A stretch of DNA of 64,000 bases from TPA_inf: Saccharomyces. Lineage: Eukaryota. Below the pieces are notes generated by a model, which searched no databases, was not told the DNA's origin, and was given only the letters and a program-made list of their open reading frames with translations. Position numbers and translations under genes: made by a program. Where the stretch lies: the NCBI GenBank assembly GCA_000146045.2, contig BK006936.2, positions 384,001 to 448,000 on the forward strand, written 5' to 3'. Shown one piece after another: positions 43,485 through 52,950 of this stretch. Numbering within the stretch: the first letter of the stretch is position 1; every line of letters begins with the position of its first letter.

Positions 43485-43697
43485 CCTTTTCTTGGTGCAC
43501 TTTAATATTATACGGGAGCTCCGATATCTATTTCAGCAATATAGACTACAATCAACTTTGCTGTTCTTACTTTTTAGTTAACTTTTTTCTTTTCATTCTG
43601 CCGCTAATCTACAAACTCGTTACCCTACTAGTACATAAAAGAAGATCAGAATCGATGGGTATTTATTTATATTTGCAATATTATTTATTTATACAAT

Positions 43698-45101
43698 TTA
43701 TTGTTTTAATAGGGTATCGTTGTAGTGAGTAGTATTCCAGTCCCAGTAGAAGGTCAATTCGGTGACGTTACTGACACTGCTGACGTTACAGACCTTTAGG
43801 AAGTCAGTACCAGCTACTCTCTTTTCAGCATAGTCGTAGAAATCATTGATTTCACAAGAGAACCCTGGGCCGGTGGAACAGGTTTCAATTGGAACGACAG
43901 CATCGTTAATGACGTATCTGACGTAGGTGTCGTTAGAACATTGGAATTTTTCGGTGTAGACACGAGCACCTTGAGGAACGTACCAGGACTTATGGAAGGT
44001 GTTGCCCATGAATGGAACGTATTCGGCAGTTAAGTTGTTTTTGTCGTCAATTATACCAGCGGTGGTCAAATAGTTTAGGATATCGGTATCGTGGGTAAAA
44101 CTCAACCAGACTTTTAAGTCTTGAGTTTCACTTTGCTTTAACAACTTCAAAGTAGCGTTAAACAAGTTGGCACCGACGGATCTGATCATATCATAACCTG
44201 GTCCATCCTGGTAAAACGATACCAGGTCCTGGCCGTATGAGTAACGTACCAATTCATCTTCGGTGAAGATATCACAAACATCACTGTAGCCTCTAGCGTT
44301 CAATTCGTATGCACACCATGCAAACAAAGTGTTGGCGTCCTTTGAGGTCAAATTCAAACCCTTGTTTTCTTTGTTTAATCTCTTGGCAATGTCATCCAAG
44401 TATGTGGTATCGTATTTGTCCAAAATGTCATCGTTAGCATCTTCATCCCATCCTGGGCACGCATTACCAGCACTCAAAGTGTTTGCGCCGGCGGACATGG
44501 CTTCACTGACAGTCTGCAAGGAGATGTTGAATTGGTCACCTAAACCATCAATGAAATATTGAGCAGTGTCATGAACCCTTTCAGAACTAGCGGCGAAAAT
44601 TGGGAAACTGGTTTGATTTTCGAACATGTAGCCATATTGCGCTAAAAACTCACGAGCATGTCTCTTAGCATCCATCTCACCAGTGTATGGATTCAAAACA
44701 TTGTCTGAGTTGGCAAAAGTGGTTTCCATTTCCAAATCATCGTCATCACGGATGAAAAACTCGTAATCATCGTTCAAGAATGACAATGAGCCGTTGAATT
44801 GACGTGTGTAATTGCTCAACTTATACCATGTTTTCATGATGGTAGCACCTTTACTGTAAGTTGGGTATCTTTCACCATGTCTGGCAAGCATTTGCAATTG
44901 TTTCATTTCACAACCTTCAGGCAAGTCACGAGAAATACCATAGTCGCCAGGGAAAGAGAAGTATGGCCCGGCACCACCCAGGAATGGGAATATGTCTTCC
45001 TGAGTGCCAATTTTGGCAACATCGGCTAACTCTCCGAGGGGAATTGTACCTGCATTAACTAAAGCAGCGGCTAGAACCGAATAAACAACAGACTTAAACA
45101 T
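43698..45101 (-). CDS. PHO3: Constitutive (thiamine-repressible) secreted acid phosphatase, 467 aa
   Basis: Signal peptide MFKSVVYSVLAAALVNA and the histidine acid phosphatase motif (LARHGERYP). It is the downstream copy of the tandem pair, ~87% identical to PHO5 (YBR092C). Confidence 0.9.
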   Translation of the reverse strand: MFKSVVYSVLAAALVNAGTIPLGELADVAKIGTQEDIFPFLGGAGPYFSFPGDYGISRDLPEGCEMKQLQMLARHGERYPTYSKGATIMKTWYKLSNYTRQFNGSLSFLNDDYEFFIRDDDDLEMETTFANSDNVLNPYTGEMDAKRHAREFLAQYGYMFENQTSFPIFAASSERVHDTAQYFIDGLGDQFNISLQTVSEAMSAGANTLSAGNACPGWDEDANDDILDKYDTTYLDDIAKRLNKENKGLNLTSKDANTLFAWCAYELNARGYSDVCDIFTEDELVRYSYGQDLVSFYQDGPGYDMIRSVGANLFNATLKLLKQSETQDLKVWLSFTHDTDILNYLTTAGIIDDKNNLTAEYVPFMGNTFHKSWYVPQGARVYTEKFQCSNDTYVRYVINDAVVPIETCSTGPGFSCEINDFYDYAEKRVAGTDFLKVCNVSSVSNVTELTFYWDWNTTHYNDTLLKQ

Positions 45102-45547
45102 AGGTAATTTGGAATGGCCCTTTCTTTACTGTAGTATTTTTTTTATGATAATCAAGGCATAATTGACTTCCATCCAGCAAATTTAAGCACTTATATATGT
45201 TGCATAGGACTACTCAAAGCTGTTTACTATTTCCCAAACTGGTATTATTTAGTAAATTTCTTTTGAATTTTTTTTTTTTCACTCTTCCTTTTTTTCATTT
45301 TTGCGATGCCAGTTCTTTGAGTTTCCCTTATACGGCATATGCACTTAAGGTTTGATTTTGCTAATTAAAGGCGTGCCTAAGCGGCGACTAATACTGTAAT
45401 ATAATATGGGTTCCTGACTGACTACAGGGATTGAAACATCCATTTACCTGTTTCGGATATCTCTGCAGATTTTAATCTTTCGGCAAAATTTAGATAAAAA
45501 ATTTGGGTATTCGTATTTAGTTTCCAATATTATTTAGTTATACAAAA

Positions 45548-46951
45548 CTATTGTCTCAATAGACTGGCGTTGTAATGAGTAGTGTTCCAGTCCCAGTAGA
45601 AGGTCAATTCAGTAGAGTTACTGACGCTGCTGACGTTACAGACCTTTAGGAAGTCAGTACCGGCTACTCTCTTTTCAGCATAGTCGTAGAAGTCATTGAT
45701 TTCACAAGAGAACCCTGGACCAGTGGAACAGGTTTCAATTGGAACAACAGCATCGTTAATGACGTATCTGACGTAGGTGTCGTTAGAACATTGGAATTTT
45801 TCGGTGTAGACACGAGCACCTTGAGGAACGTACCAGGATCTGTGGAAAGTGTTGCCCATGAATGGAACGTATTCGGCAGTTAAGTTGTTTTTGTCGTCAA
45901 TTATACCAGCGGTGGTCAAAAAGTTTAGGATATCGGTATCGTGGGTAAAACTCAACCAAACCTTTTGGTCTTGAATCTCACTTTGCTTTAATAATTTGAC
46001 TGAGGCATTGAACAAGTTGGAACCGACAGACTTGATAATGTCGTAACCTGGACCCTCATGGTAATAAGTGTGCAAGTCTTGGTAGTAGGAGTAATGGACT
46101 AATTCATCCTTGGTGAAAATATCACAGACATCACTGTAACCTTTAGCGTTCACTTCAAATGCACACCACGAGAATAAAGTACTAGCGTCAGTTGAGGTCA
46201 AGTTCAAACCCTTGTTTTCCTTGTTCAATCTCTTGGCAATGTCATCCAAGTAGGTTGTGTCGTATTCATTTACAATGTCATCATTGGCATCGTAGTCCCA
46301 AGCAGGACATGAGTTACAAGCACTCAAAGTGTTGGCACCAGCGGATTCAGCTTCACTGACAGTCTGCAAGGTGATGTTGAATTGGTCACCTAAACCATCA
46401 ATGAAATATTGAGCAGTGTCATGACATCTCTTAGAATTAGAGGTAAAAACGGCGAAACTGGTTTGGTTTTCGACCATGTAACCGTATTGAGCCAAGAAGT
46501 CACGAGCATGTCTCTTGGCGTTCATTTCACCAGTGTATGGGTTCAAAACATCGTCCGAGTTGGCAAAAGTGGTTTCCATTTCCAAATCATCGTCATCACG
46601 GATGAAAAACTCGTAATCATCGTTCAAGAATGACAATGAGCCGTTGAATTGACGAGTGTAATTGCTCAACTTATACCATGTACTCTTGATAGTCTTAGCC
46701 AGACTGACAGTAGGGTATCTTTCACCATGTCTACCAACCATTTGCAGTTGCTTCATTTCACAACCTTCAGGCAAATCACGAGAAATACCATAGTCGCCAG
46801 GGAAAGAGTAGTATGGTCCGGCACCACCCAAAAATGGGAAGATATCTTTTTGGGTACCAATCTTGTCGACATCGGCTAGTTTGCCTAAGGGAATGGTACC
46901 TGCATTGGCCAAAGAAGCGGCTAAAATTGAATAAACAACAGATTTAAACAT
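45548..46951 (-). CDS. PHO5: Phosphate-repressible secreted acid phosphatase, 467 aa
   Basis: Signal peptide MFKSVVYSILAASLANA and the RHGERYP motif. It is the upstream copy, carrying the canonical PHO5 promoter (UASp1, UASp2, TATA) at the known distances from the ATG. Confidence 0.93.
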   Translation of the reverse strand: MFKSVVYSILAASLANAGTIPLGKLADVDKIGTQKDIFPFLGGAGPYYSFPGDYGISRDLPEGCEMKQLQMVGRHGERYPTVSLAKTIKSTWYKLSNYTRQFNGSLSFLNDDYEFFIRDDDDLEMETTFANSDDVLNPYTGEMNAKRHARDFLAQYGYMVENQTSFAVFTSNSKRCHDTAQYFIDGLGDQFNITLQTVSEAESAGANTLSACNSCPAWDYDANDDIVNEYDTTYLDDIAKRLNKENKGLNLTSTDASTLFSWCAFEVNAKGYSDVCDIFTKDELVHYSYYQDLHTYYHEGPGYDIIKSVGSNLFNASVKLLKQSEIQDQKVWLSFTHDTDILNFLTTAGIIDDKNNLTAEYVPFMGNTFHRSWYVPQGARVYTEKFQCSNDTYVRYVINDAVVPIETCSTGPGFSCEINDFYDYAEKRVAGTDFLKVCNVSSVSNSTELTFYWDWNTTHYNASLLRQ

Positions 46952-47044
46952 TGGTAATCTCGAATTTGCTTGCTCTATTTGTTGTTGTTCTTATTCTCAT
47001 GAGAGATGAAGCCATACTAACCTCGACTTAGCAAAACATCAGCG

Positions 47045-47052
47045 CTTATATA
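47045..47052 (-). promoter_or_regulatory. PHO5: PHO5 TATA box (TATATAAG)
   Basis: PHO5-sense reads CGTATATAAGCGCT, ~-100 from the ATG. Confidence 0.85.
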
Positions 47053-47198
47053 CGTTTCATTTCGACAATTCAAAGATGTTTACCCTTATCCCAAATGGGT
47101 ATATGCCTTGCCAAGTAAGGTGACCAATTTGATAATTTGGCATGTGCGATCTCTTCGAAAACAGGGACCAGAATCATAAATTTAGTCTGTGCTAGTCC

Positions 47199-47204
47199 CA
47201 CGTG
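47199..47204 (-). promoter_or_regulatory. PHO5: PHO5 UASp2 (high-affinity Pho4 E-box CACGTG, intranucleosomal)
   Basis: PHO5-sense reads GCACTCACACGTGGGACTAGC. It lies ~-250 from the ATG at 46951, matching the described UASp2. Confidence 0.9.
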
Positions 47205-47307
47205 TGAGTGCCAAGGTTGTATCGATTCATTTAGAGATTGCCTATTCAATTAACTCTTTTAATCACTTTTACTTTTTTTGGCATTGTGCAGTTGCGTTCT
47301 ATGCGAA

Positions 47308-47313
47308 AACGTG
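47308..47313 (-). promoter_or_regulatory. PHO5: PHO5 UASp1 (low-affinity Pho4 site CACGTT in the hypersensitive linker)
   Basis: PHO5-sense reads TAAATTAGCACGTTTTCGCATAGAACGCAAC, ~-360 from the ATG. Confidence 0.88.
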
Positions 47314-48035
47314 CTAATTTAATATATATTTCTTTGTGCAGACAAAGAAAAAGCGCTATGAACCTTTTACCTTCGTTTGAAGTTTATAGACGACGTCCGC
47401 TTACATGAGAAAACATTAAAGCAGCGCACATAAGATGACTTCCAAATACGTTGACATATTTGCGCATTCTTGTTGAATACAACTTTCGGATCCTTGTAAT
47501 GCCGGTCTCCGGCGTCCTGTAAAGAGAGCGTGCGACACGCCGCTATTAGCGTGGGGACTGACATCAGGTCAACATTATTATTGTAGCGAGCTACTTTCGG
47601 TCAGTAAATAGAACATATGTAGAGATACAAGCGATTATTAGAAGGAGCGGACCTACAACAAAGTTGGGTCACGTTTCTCGCAATTATTACTTGGATGCCC
47701 TCCTAGCTAATGCCAATGTGCAGTAGTAACTTATCAGTCCGATGTGTAAAAAATAGAACTAATTTTTTGCGAAAAGATGGACAAAAACCATCTCTGGTCA
47801 ATTTTCTCACTAAAGAGGGACGGAGTCTCTTGTTTTCTTCTATTAGTGCACAGGGAATGTTTTGATTTTCCCTTTTTTTTTCTTTCGCTTCTTCAACAGT
47901 GGTAAAAATAAAAATTATTGGCGATGGGATAACCAAGGAACATTGTATTTAGCAATTGAAAATTACGGTAAAGGCAGCCGCTCTGACTTGATCTCTGACA
48001 TTAAAAATTCGGAAACAATAAATATTTCTTTTAAG

Positions 48036-50297
48036 ATGCGGGTTTTAATAACTAACGATGATGGTCCCTTAAGTGATCAGTTTTCACCATACATTAGACC
48101 TTTTATTCAGCACATTAAAAGAAATTATCCTGAATGGAAAATCACGGTTTGTGTACCTCATGTCCAGAAATCATGGGTGGGTAAGGCTCATCTTGCTGGT
48201 AAAAATTTGACAGCTCAATTCATATATTCTAAAGTTGACGCTGAAGACAATACTTTTTGGGGCCCATTTATCCAGCCACAAATTAGGTCAGAAAACTCTA
48301 AATTACCTTATGTTCTCAATGCTGAAATTCCGAAAGATACAATTGAGTGGATATTAATCGATGGAACTCCAGCATCGTGCGCAAACATCGGGCTGCACCT
48401 ATTGTCTAATGAACCGTTTGATCTAGTACTGTCGGGTCCAAATGTTGGTAGAAATACATCTGCTGCTTATATTACCTCTTCTGGTACCGTAGGAGGCGCA
48501 ATGGAATCTGTTATTACTGGAAATACAAAGGCCATTGCTATTTCTTGGGCCTATTTTAATGGATTGAAAAACGTCTCCCCACTTTTAATGGAGAAGGCCT
48601 CTAAGAGATCTTTAGATGTTATCAAACATCTTGTTAAGAATTGGGACCCAAAAACAGATCTATATAGTATCAATATTCCTTTAGTGGAGAGTTTAAGTGA
48701 TGATACAAAGGTTTACTATGCACCAATTTGGGAAAATAGATGGATTCCAATATTCAACGGCCCTCACATTAACCTAGAGAATAGCTTTGCTGAGATCGAA
48801 GACGGTAATGAATCATCATCGATTTCCTTTAATTGGGCTCCAAAATTTGGGGCACATAAGGATTCTATTCACTATATGGACGAATACAAGGACAGGACTG
48901 TTTTAACTGATGCTGAAGTTATTGAATCCGAAATGATCAGTGTCACTCCCATGAAAGCCACTTTCAAGGGTGTGAACCACCTTCTTGGAGAGTTGAAACT
49001 GACTGAGGAAGAAAATAATTTATCAAAAACAAATAACCTCATCGTGGTAAGTATAGACCCAATGGAATATATATACAAACCTCTAACCCACGCCCTGAAA
49101 AAATATCTGCCACAAGTGGAGATTGTATCAAACTTGCCAGAATTTGACAATGGAGGGTGTGAAAAAGAAATGAAGGTTTTTCATTACGGTGATTACGAAC
49201 AGCTAGATATGGACAAACTAATGGAACTGCCCAATAATTACTTCACAAACTCTTATATATATAGGAAGGCATTGATAAGAAAACACTTTCTTTCGCATAC
49301 CATACAGACTTATACTGCGAAGAACCCAGAGTCCATTTTAAAGAAGGCATATTTGGAATCATTCACTATTGATTTAGATTATGCTGAATTTCTAGACGAC
49401 GCATTAGATGAAAATTGGGAATTACGCCAAGAGTTGGAGAATGAAAGCCAAGATAAATGGTGGATCGTGAAACCGAGTATGAGCGATAAAGGTCAAGGTA
49501 TCAGGGTATTTAAGACTATTGAAGATTTACAGGCTATTTTCGATTCCTTTGACGATGAAGACAGCGAAGCAGAAGAGAGTGGAAATGACGACGATGCTGA
49601 TGATGTAAATGGCGAATTCATGGATAATAACAAGGTTAACATTTCCCAATTGCGCCACTTTATTATACAAGAATATTTAACCAATCCGTTACTATTGGCA
49701 TCTATGGATAATAGAAAGTTCCACATAAGATGTTACGTCGTCTGTAGGGGAGATTTGCAAGTTTTTGTTTATGATAGAATGCTAGCGCTCTTTGCTGCCA
49801 AGCCATTTGTTCCTCTAGATCCATATGCGTATTCCGTAACTGATTTGAAAGATTTGGAATGCCACTTGACTAACACATGTCTGCAGAGCAAAAAGAAGGA
49901 TAAAGATTCTTCTGTTTTGGAGTTTGACTCCATAGAGGAAATTCCAAATGAGAGAAAGTCCAATATTAAGGAGCAAATCCATAGCATAACGAACGACGTT
50001 TTCTTAGCTGCTGTAAATGTAAATAGATTAAACTTCCAACCGTTACCAAACGCATTTGAAACATATGGCGTAGACTTTTTGATTGATTCGAATTACGAAG
50101 TTAAATTACTAGAGATCAACGCTTTCCCAGACTTCAAACAAACTGGGAAAGATTTGAAGAACCTCATTGATGAATTATTTGATGACACTGTCAAATACTG
50201 TGTTACCCCCATCTTTAACGAGAATAGAAATAAGACAGATGATGAAACAGACCCGAACTTCGTAAAAGTCATTGATTACACTTCAAACGGTTGGTGA
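48036..50297 (+). CDS. PBY1: P-body-associated protein with N-terminal SurE-like domain and C-terminal tubulin-tyrosine-ligase-like domain, 753 aa
   Basis: First ATG in frame at 48036 (MRVLITNDDGPLS..., SurE signature). The ORF-track start at 47862 is a TTG. The C-terminal half has TTL-like ATP-grasp motifs (YBR094W). Confidence 0.85.
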   Translation: MRVLITNDDGPLSDQFSPYIRPFIQHIKRNYPEWKITVCVPHVQKSWVGKAHLAGKNLTAQFIYSKVDAEDNTFWGPFIQPQIRSENSKLPYVLNAEIPKDTIEWILIDGTPASCANIGLHLLSNEPFDLVLSGPNVGRNTSAAYITSSGTVGGAMESVITGNTKAIAISWAYFNGLKNVSPLLMEKASKRSLDVIKHLVKNWDPKTDLYSINIPLVESLSDDTKVYYAPIWENRWIPIFNGPHINLENSFAEIEDGNESSSISFNWAPKFGAHKDSIHYMDEYKDRTVLTDAEVIESEMISVTPMKATFKGVNHLLGELKLTEEENNLSKTNNLIVVSIDPMEYIYKPLTHALKKYLPQVEIVSNLPEFDNGGCEKEMKVFHYGDYEQLDMDKLMELPNNYFTNSYIYRKALIRKHFLSHTIQTYTAKNPESILKKAYLESFTIDLDYAEFLDDALDENWELRQELENESQDKWWIVKPSMSDKGQGIRVFKTIEDLQAIFDSFDDEDSEAEESGNDDDADDVNGEFMDNNKVNISQLRHFIIQEYLTNPLLLASMDNRKFHIRCYVVCRGDLQVFVYDRMLALFAAKPFVPLDPYAYSVTDLKDLECHLTNTCLQSKKKDKDSSVLEFDSIEEIPNERKSNIKEQIHSITNDVFLAAVNVNRLNFQPLPNAFETYGVDFLIDSNYEVKLLEINAFPDFKQTGKDLKNLIDELFDDTVKYCVTPIFNENRNKTDDETDPNFVKVIDYTSNGW

Positions 50298-50405
50298 AAC
50301 AAAAAAAAAAAAAGAACCCATCCTAAAATACTGTTATTATTACTAAATAGTGCTAAATAATACATATGCCTTGATTTTATTTCCGAAATTTTTTGTTTTG
50401 TCAAT

Positions 50406-51698
50406 TTAGGCTCTATTAGCTTCTTCATCAGGTTCATTATCGTCTACAACACCGTCTTCCATGGTATTTTCAATTTCTTCCTCAAAATTTGTTGTCTTAT
50501 TTGTTGTAGCACTGATCAGACCTCTCTTCACAACACGTAGAGCCACCGGGATAGTAATATCATCGTCAGATATACCCAAATATTCCCGACTCCAATTTAA
50601 AATCCTACCTCTTATTCTATTGGCTTTTATTACAGACTTTCTGATTTTTTGTAAGTTTCTTATGAATTCTTTATTCCTCTGTAGTGCAATCTGCGACAGC
50701 TGTCGGGCAGACTCAATTTCCTCATTTAACTGTTGTTGTTCGGCCGCTGTTAATGTTGATATAGAAGCAGAACCGGAAGAAGATGGCAGCAACGATAACA
50801 GCGCATTAGATTGTTCCAACCTTGGCAATGCAAAAAAAGGATCTTCCTCTCCAAATTCTTCCATGCCATTATTGATATGACCAGCTTCAGTAGACAAACT
50901 ATTCGAGTTAACCTCGTTGATATTGTTTTTGTTGTTAATGTCATCCTCGTCGCTTGCCCCTCTATCCTCTGGAAGGGTCAAATTGTGATTATAAGATGGT
51001 AGGTTCAAGTTAGATTCATAAATTGGTTCAGGATGATCTCCTAAAAAAACCTCCAAAAACTGGGAATATCTAACAACTGACATCTGTTCTTTTTCAATCA
51101 TTAGAATTATTTGCAAGGCTAAATTTTTCAAAATTGGGCTTGAAAATGTCCTTGAGATAGTTTTATGATTTATTATATCCCCTAGGGAAAGAATGGGAGT
51201 CAAAATCTCCTTTACATTCACTAGTTTTGATAGGTCGTCATCGTCTTCTTCGCCGTAATACTCATCAGTGATATTTTCGTCTTCCTTCTCACTACCATCG
51301 ATGTCGTTTTCATCACCGACTAAAACAGGCTCGACGTTGATGTCAGGTGTGAATTTTATTCTTTTGCGTCTACTATCAGTGACAATATTTGTTTGCAGAA
51401 GGCGATGCTCCGAACCGTTATAGAACACAGTTTGCTCAATCATTGGCTTAGAATTGTTCAAGTCTCTTCTTGTTACTACTTCGCTTCTCTGCAAAAGTTT
51501 GTTACCTCTGTTAGAGGATATGCCAGTGGCCTCAGGATAGATTAGTTTTCCATCAAGGGATCTTTTCAGTACCTGATAGTTACCGCTTTTTTCCTTTATT
51601 ATCCTTCTAGTAAATGTGCTAATTATATTCGATTCATTAGCTAACACACTCTTGCTTTCCAATTCTGCGTTGTTTTTCATACTGCTCCTAATAGTCAT
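50406..51698 (-). CDS. RXT2: Rpd3L histone deacetylase complex subunit, 430 aa (an in-frame ATG also exists at 51767)
   Basis: ORF 50406..51770. I recall the annotated protein as 430 aa, which corresponds to the ATG at 51698 (MTIRSSMKNNAELES...). An in-frame ATG 23 codons upstream (51767) is also possible. Confidence 0.75.
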   Translation of the reverse strand: MTIRSSMKNNAELESKSVLANESNIISTFTRRIIKEKSGNYQVLKRSLDGKLIYPEATGISSNRGNKLLQRSEVVTRRDLNNSKPMIEQTVFYNGSEHRLLQTNIVTDSRRKRIKFTPDINVEPVLVGDENDIDGSEKEDENITDEYYGEEDDDDLSKLVNVKEILTPILSLGDIINHKTISRTFSSPILKNLALQIILMIEKEQMSVVRYSQFLEVFLGDHPEPIYESNLNLPSYNHNLTLPEDRGASDEDDINNKNNINEVNSNSLSTEAGHINNGMEEFGEEDPFFALPRLEQSNALLSLLPSSSGSASISTLTAAEQQQLNEEIESARQLSQIALQRNKEFIRNLQKIRKSVIKANRIRGRILNWSREYLGISDDDITIPVALRVVKRGLISATTNKTTNFEEEIENTMEDGVVDDNEPDEEANRA

Positions 51699-52020
51699 CT
51701 CGATCAACAAGAAGCAACAGCTGAGATATTTGTTTCTCAACCTCTTTTTTGCAGGAGATGCTGTCATCAAGCAACGTTTCTTCTATTTGAAAGCGATTGT
51801 TTTACCAGAACAAAGTTCGCTACCCGGCTTCGGTCCTCTTGGGTATAGGAGACAATAATGATCTTCGAATAACGCCGTTATAAAGTGAACATTATAATTA
51901 TCCGCTTAAAGGCTTTTTAGTAATTTTGTAAAACAATTGCTTCTAATTTCAAGACTTCCAAAAGGTTTCTCGAGTAACTAGTGCTTTCCAATATCTACAA
52001 CAAAATAAAATAATAGAATA

Positions 52021-52713
52021 ATGGGTGTTTGCACTATTTTTAGGTGGCTCTTTGCTGCTTACTTGCTCTCTTCATATAAGTCGCTTCCTGGGGCATATTT
52101 TGTTAGGTTTTATTATTATGTTATTCAAAACTTGTTCTTGCCTATGTTTACAGGGTTTGAAACCGAGAATATTAAGAAACTTGAGAAAAATGAATATGGC
52201 TGTTTCTCGTACACCAGCCTAGATACCTATGCCTCTCCATTCGAATGTGACTTCTACTTTCATAAGAGCAATAGCACCTATTTTGCGGAATTGGACATTT
52301 CAAGAGGTAATCTCATGTGCAAGATTTTTCAAAAATTGATGCTGAATTCCAAGCATTATCCATATATTCCAGTTGCGAACGTTTTCACTAATTTCTTGAA
52401 GGAAATCAAGCCTTTTCAAAAGTACTCGGTTTCATCAAGGATTATCTGTTGGGATGAGAAATGGATTTACGTCATGAGTAGATTCACAATTAAAAAGGGC
52501 ACCGTCTTATGCTCATTATCATTGACCAAATACGTCCTTAAGGACGGTAGAAAGACCATCAAACCAAAGGATGCTCTTGAATACTGTGGTTTATATAATG
52601 AGAAGGTCGCCAAAATTTCTGAGGACAATCTAAAGCTTTTAACCGAGCGTTGTGGTTTCCACGAGACAGTACCATTGGAAAACTTGAGCCAAGAGTACTG
52701 TTCAGAAATCTAA
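52021..52713 (+). CDS. YBR096W: Uncharacterised ER-localised protein, 230 aa
   Basis: ATG-initiated 230-aa ORF with an N-terminal hydrophobic segment. Position is divergent from RXT2. Confidence 0.75.
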   Translation: MGVCTIFRWLFAAYLLSSYKSLPGAYFVRFYYYVIQNLFLPMFTGFETENIKKLEKNEYGCFSYTSLDTYASPFECDFYFHKSNSTYFAELDISRGNLMCKIFQKLMLNSKHYPYIPVANVFTNFLKEIKPFQKYSVSSRIICWDEKWIYVMSRFTIKKGTVLCSLSLTKYVLKDGRKTIKPKDALEYCGLYNEKVAKISEDNLKLLTERCGFHETVPLENLSQEYCSEI

Positions 52714-52950
52714 CTTCTATACACATATAGCCGGTATTATAAAATATATAAATCTATCTTCTTTCAAAAGTTTCTCTGTGCAGTCTGCGTTATATTTTAT
52801 CTTCGGTAGAAAACAAGGTAAATTTCCCTTATTTTTCAACATCATAAAAATGAAAAACAGATATATCTTAAGTAAGATACTTAAGCAGACAAGTTGAATT
52901 GGAGAAATACAAAAGCTGTAAGGTTATCAAAAAGGAAGGCATACAGTATA

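Larger units (their letters stand above)
43698..46951 (-). repeat. Tandem direct duplication of acid phosphatase genes (PHO3 and PHO5 units, ~1.45 kb each, ~85-90% nucleotide identity including short 5' and 3' flanks)
   Basis: 43698..45101 and 45548..46951 align along their whole length (e.g. identical ...CAGTCCCAGTAGAAGGTCAATTC... near both 3' ends). Flanking leaders and trailers are also similar. Confidence 0.9.
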
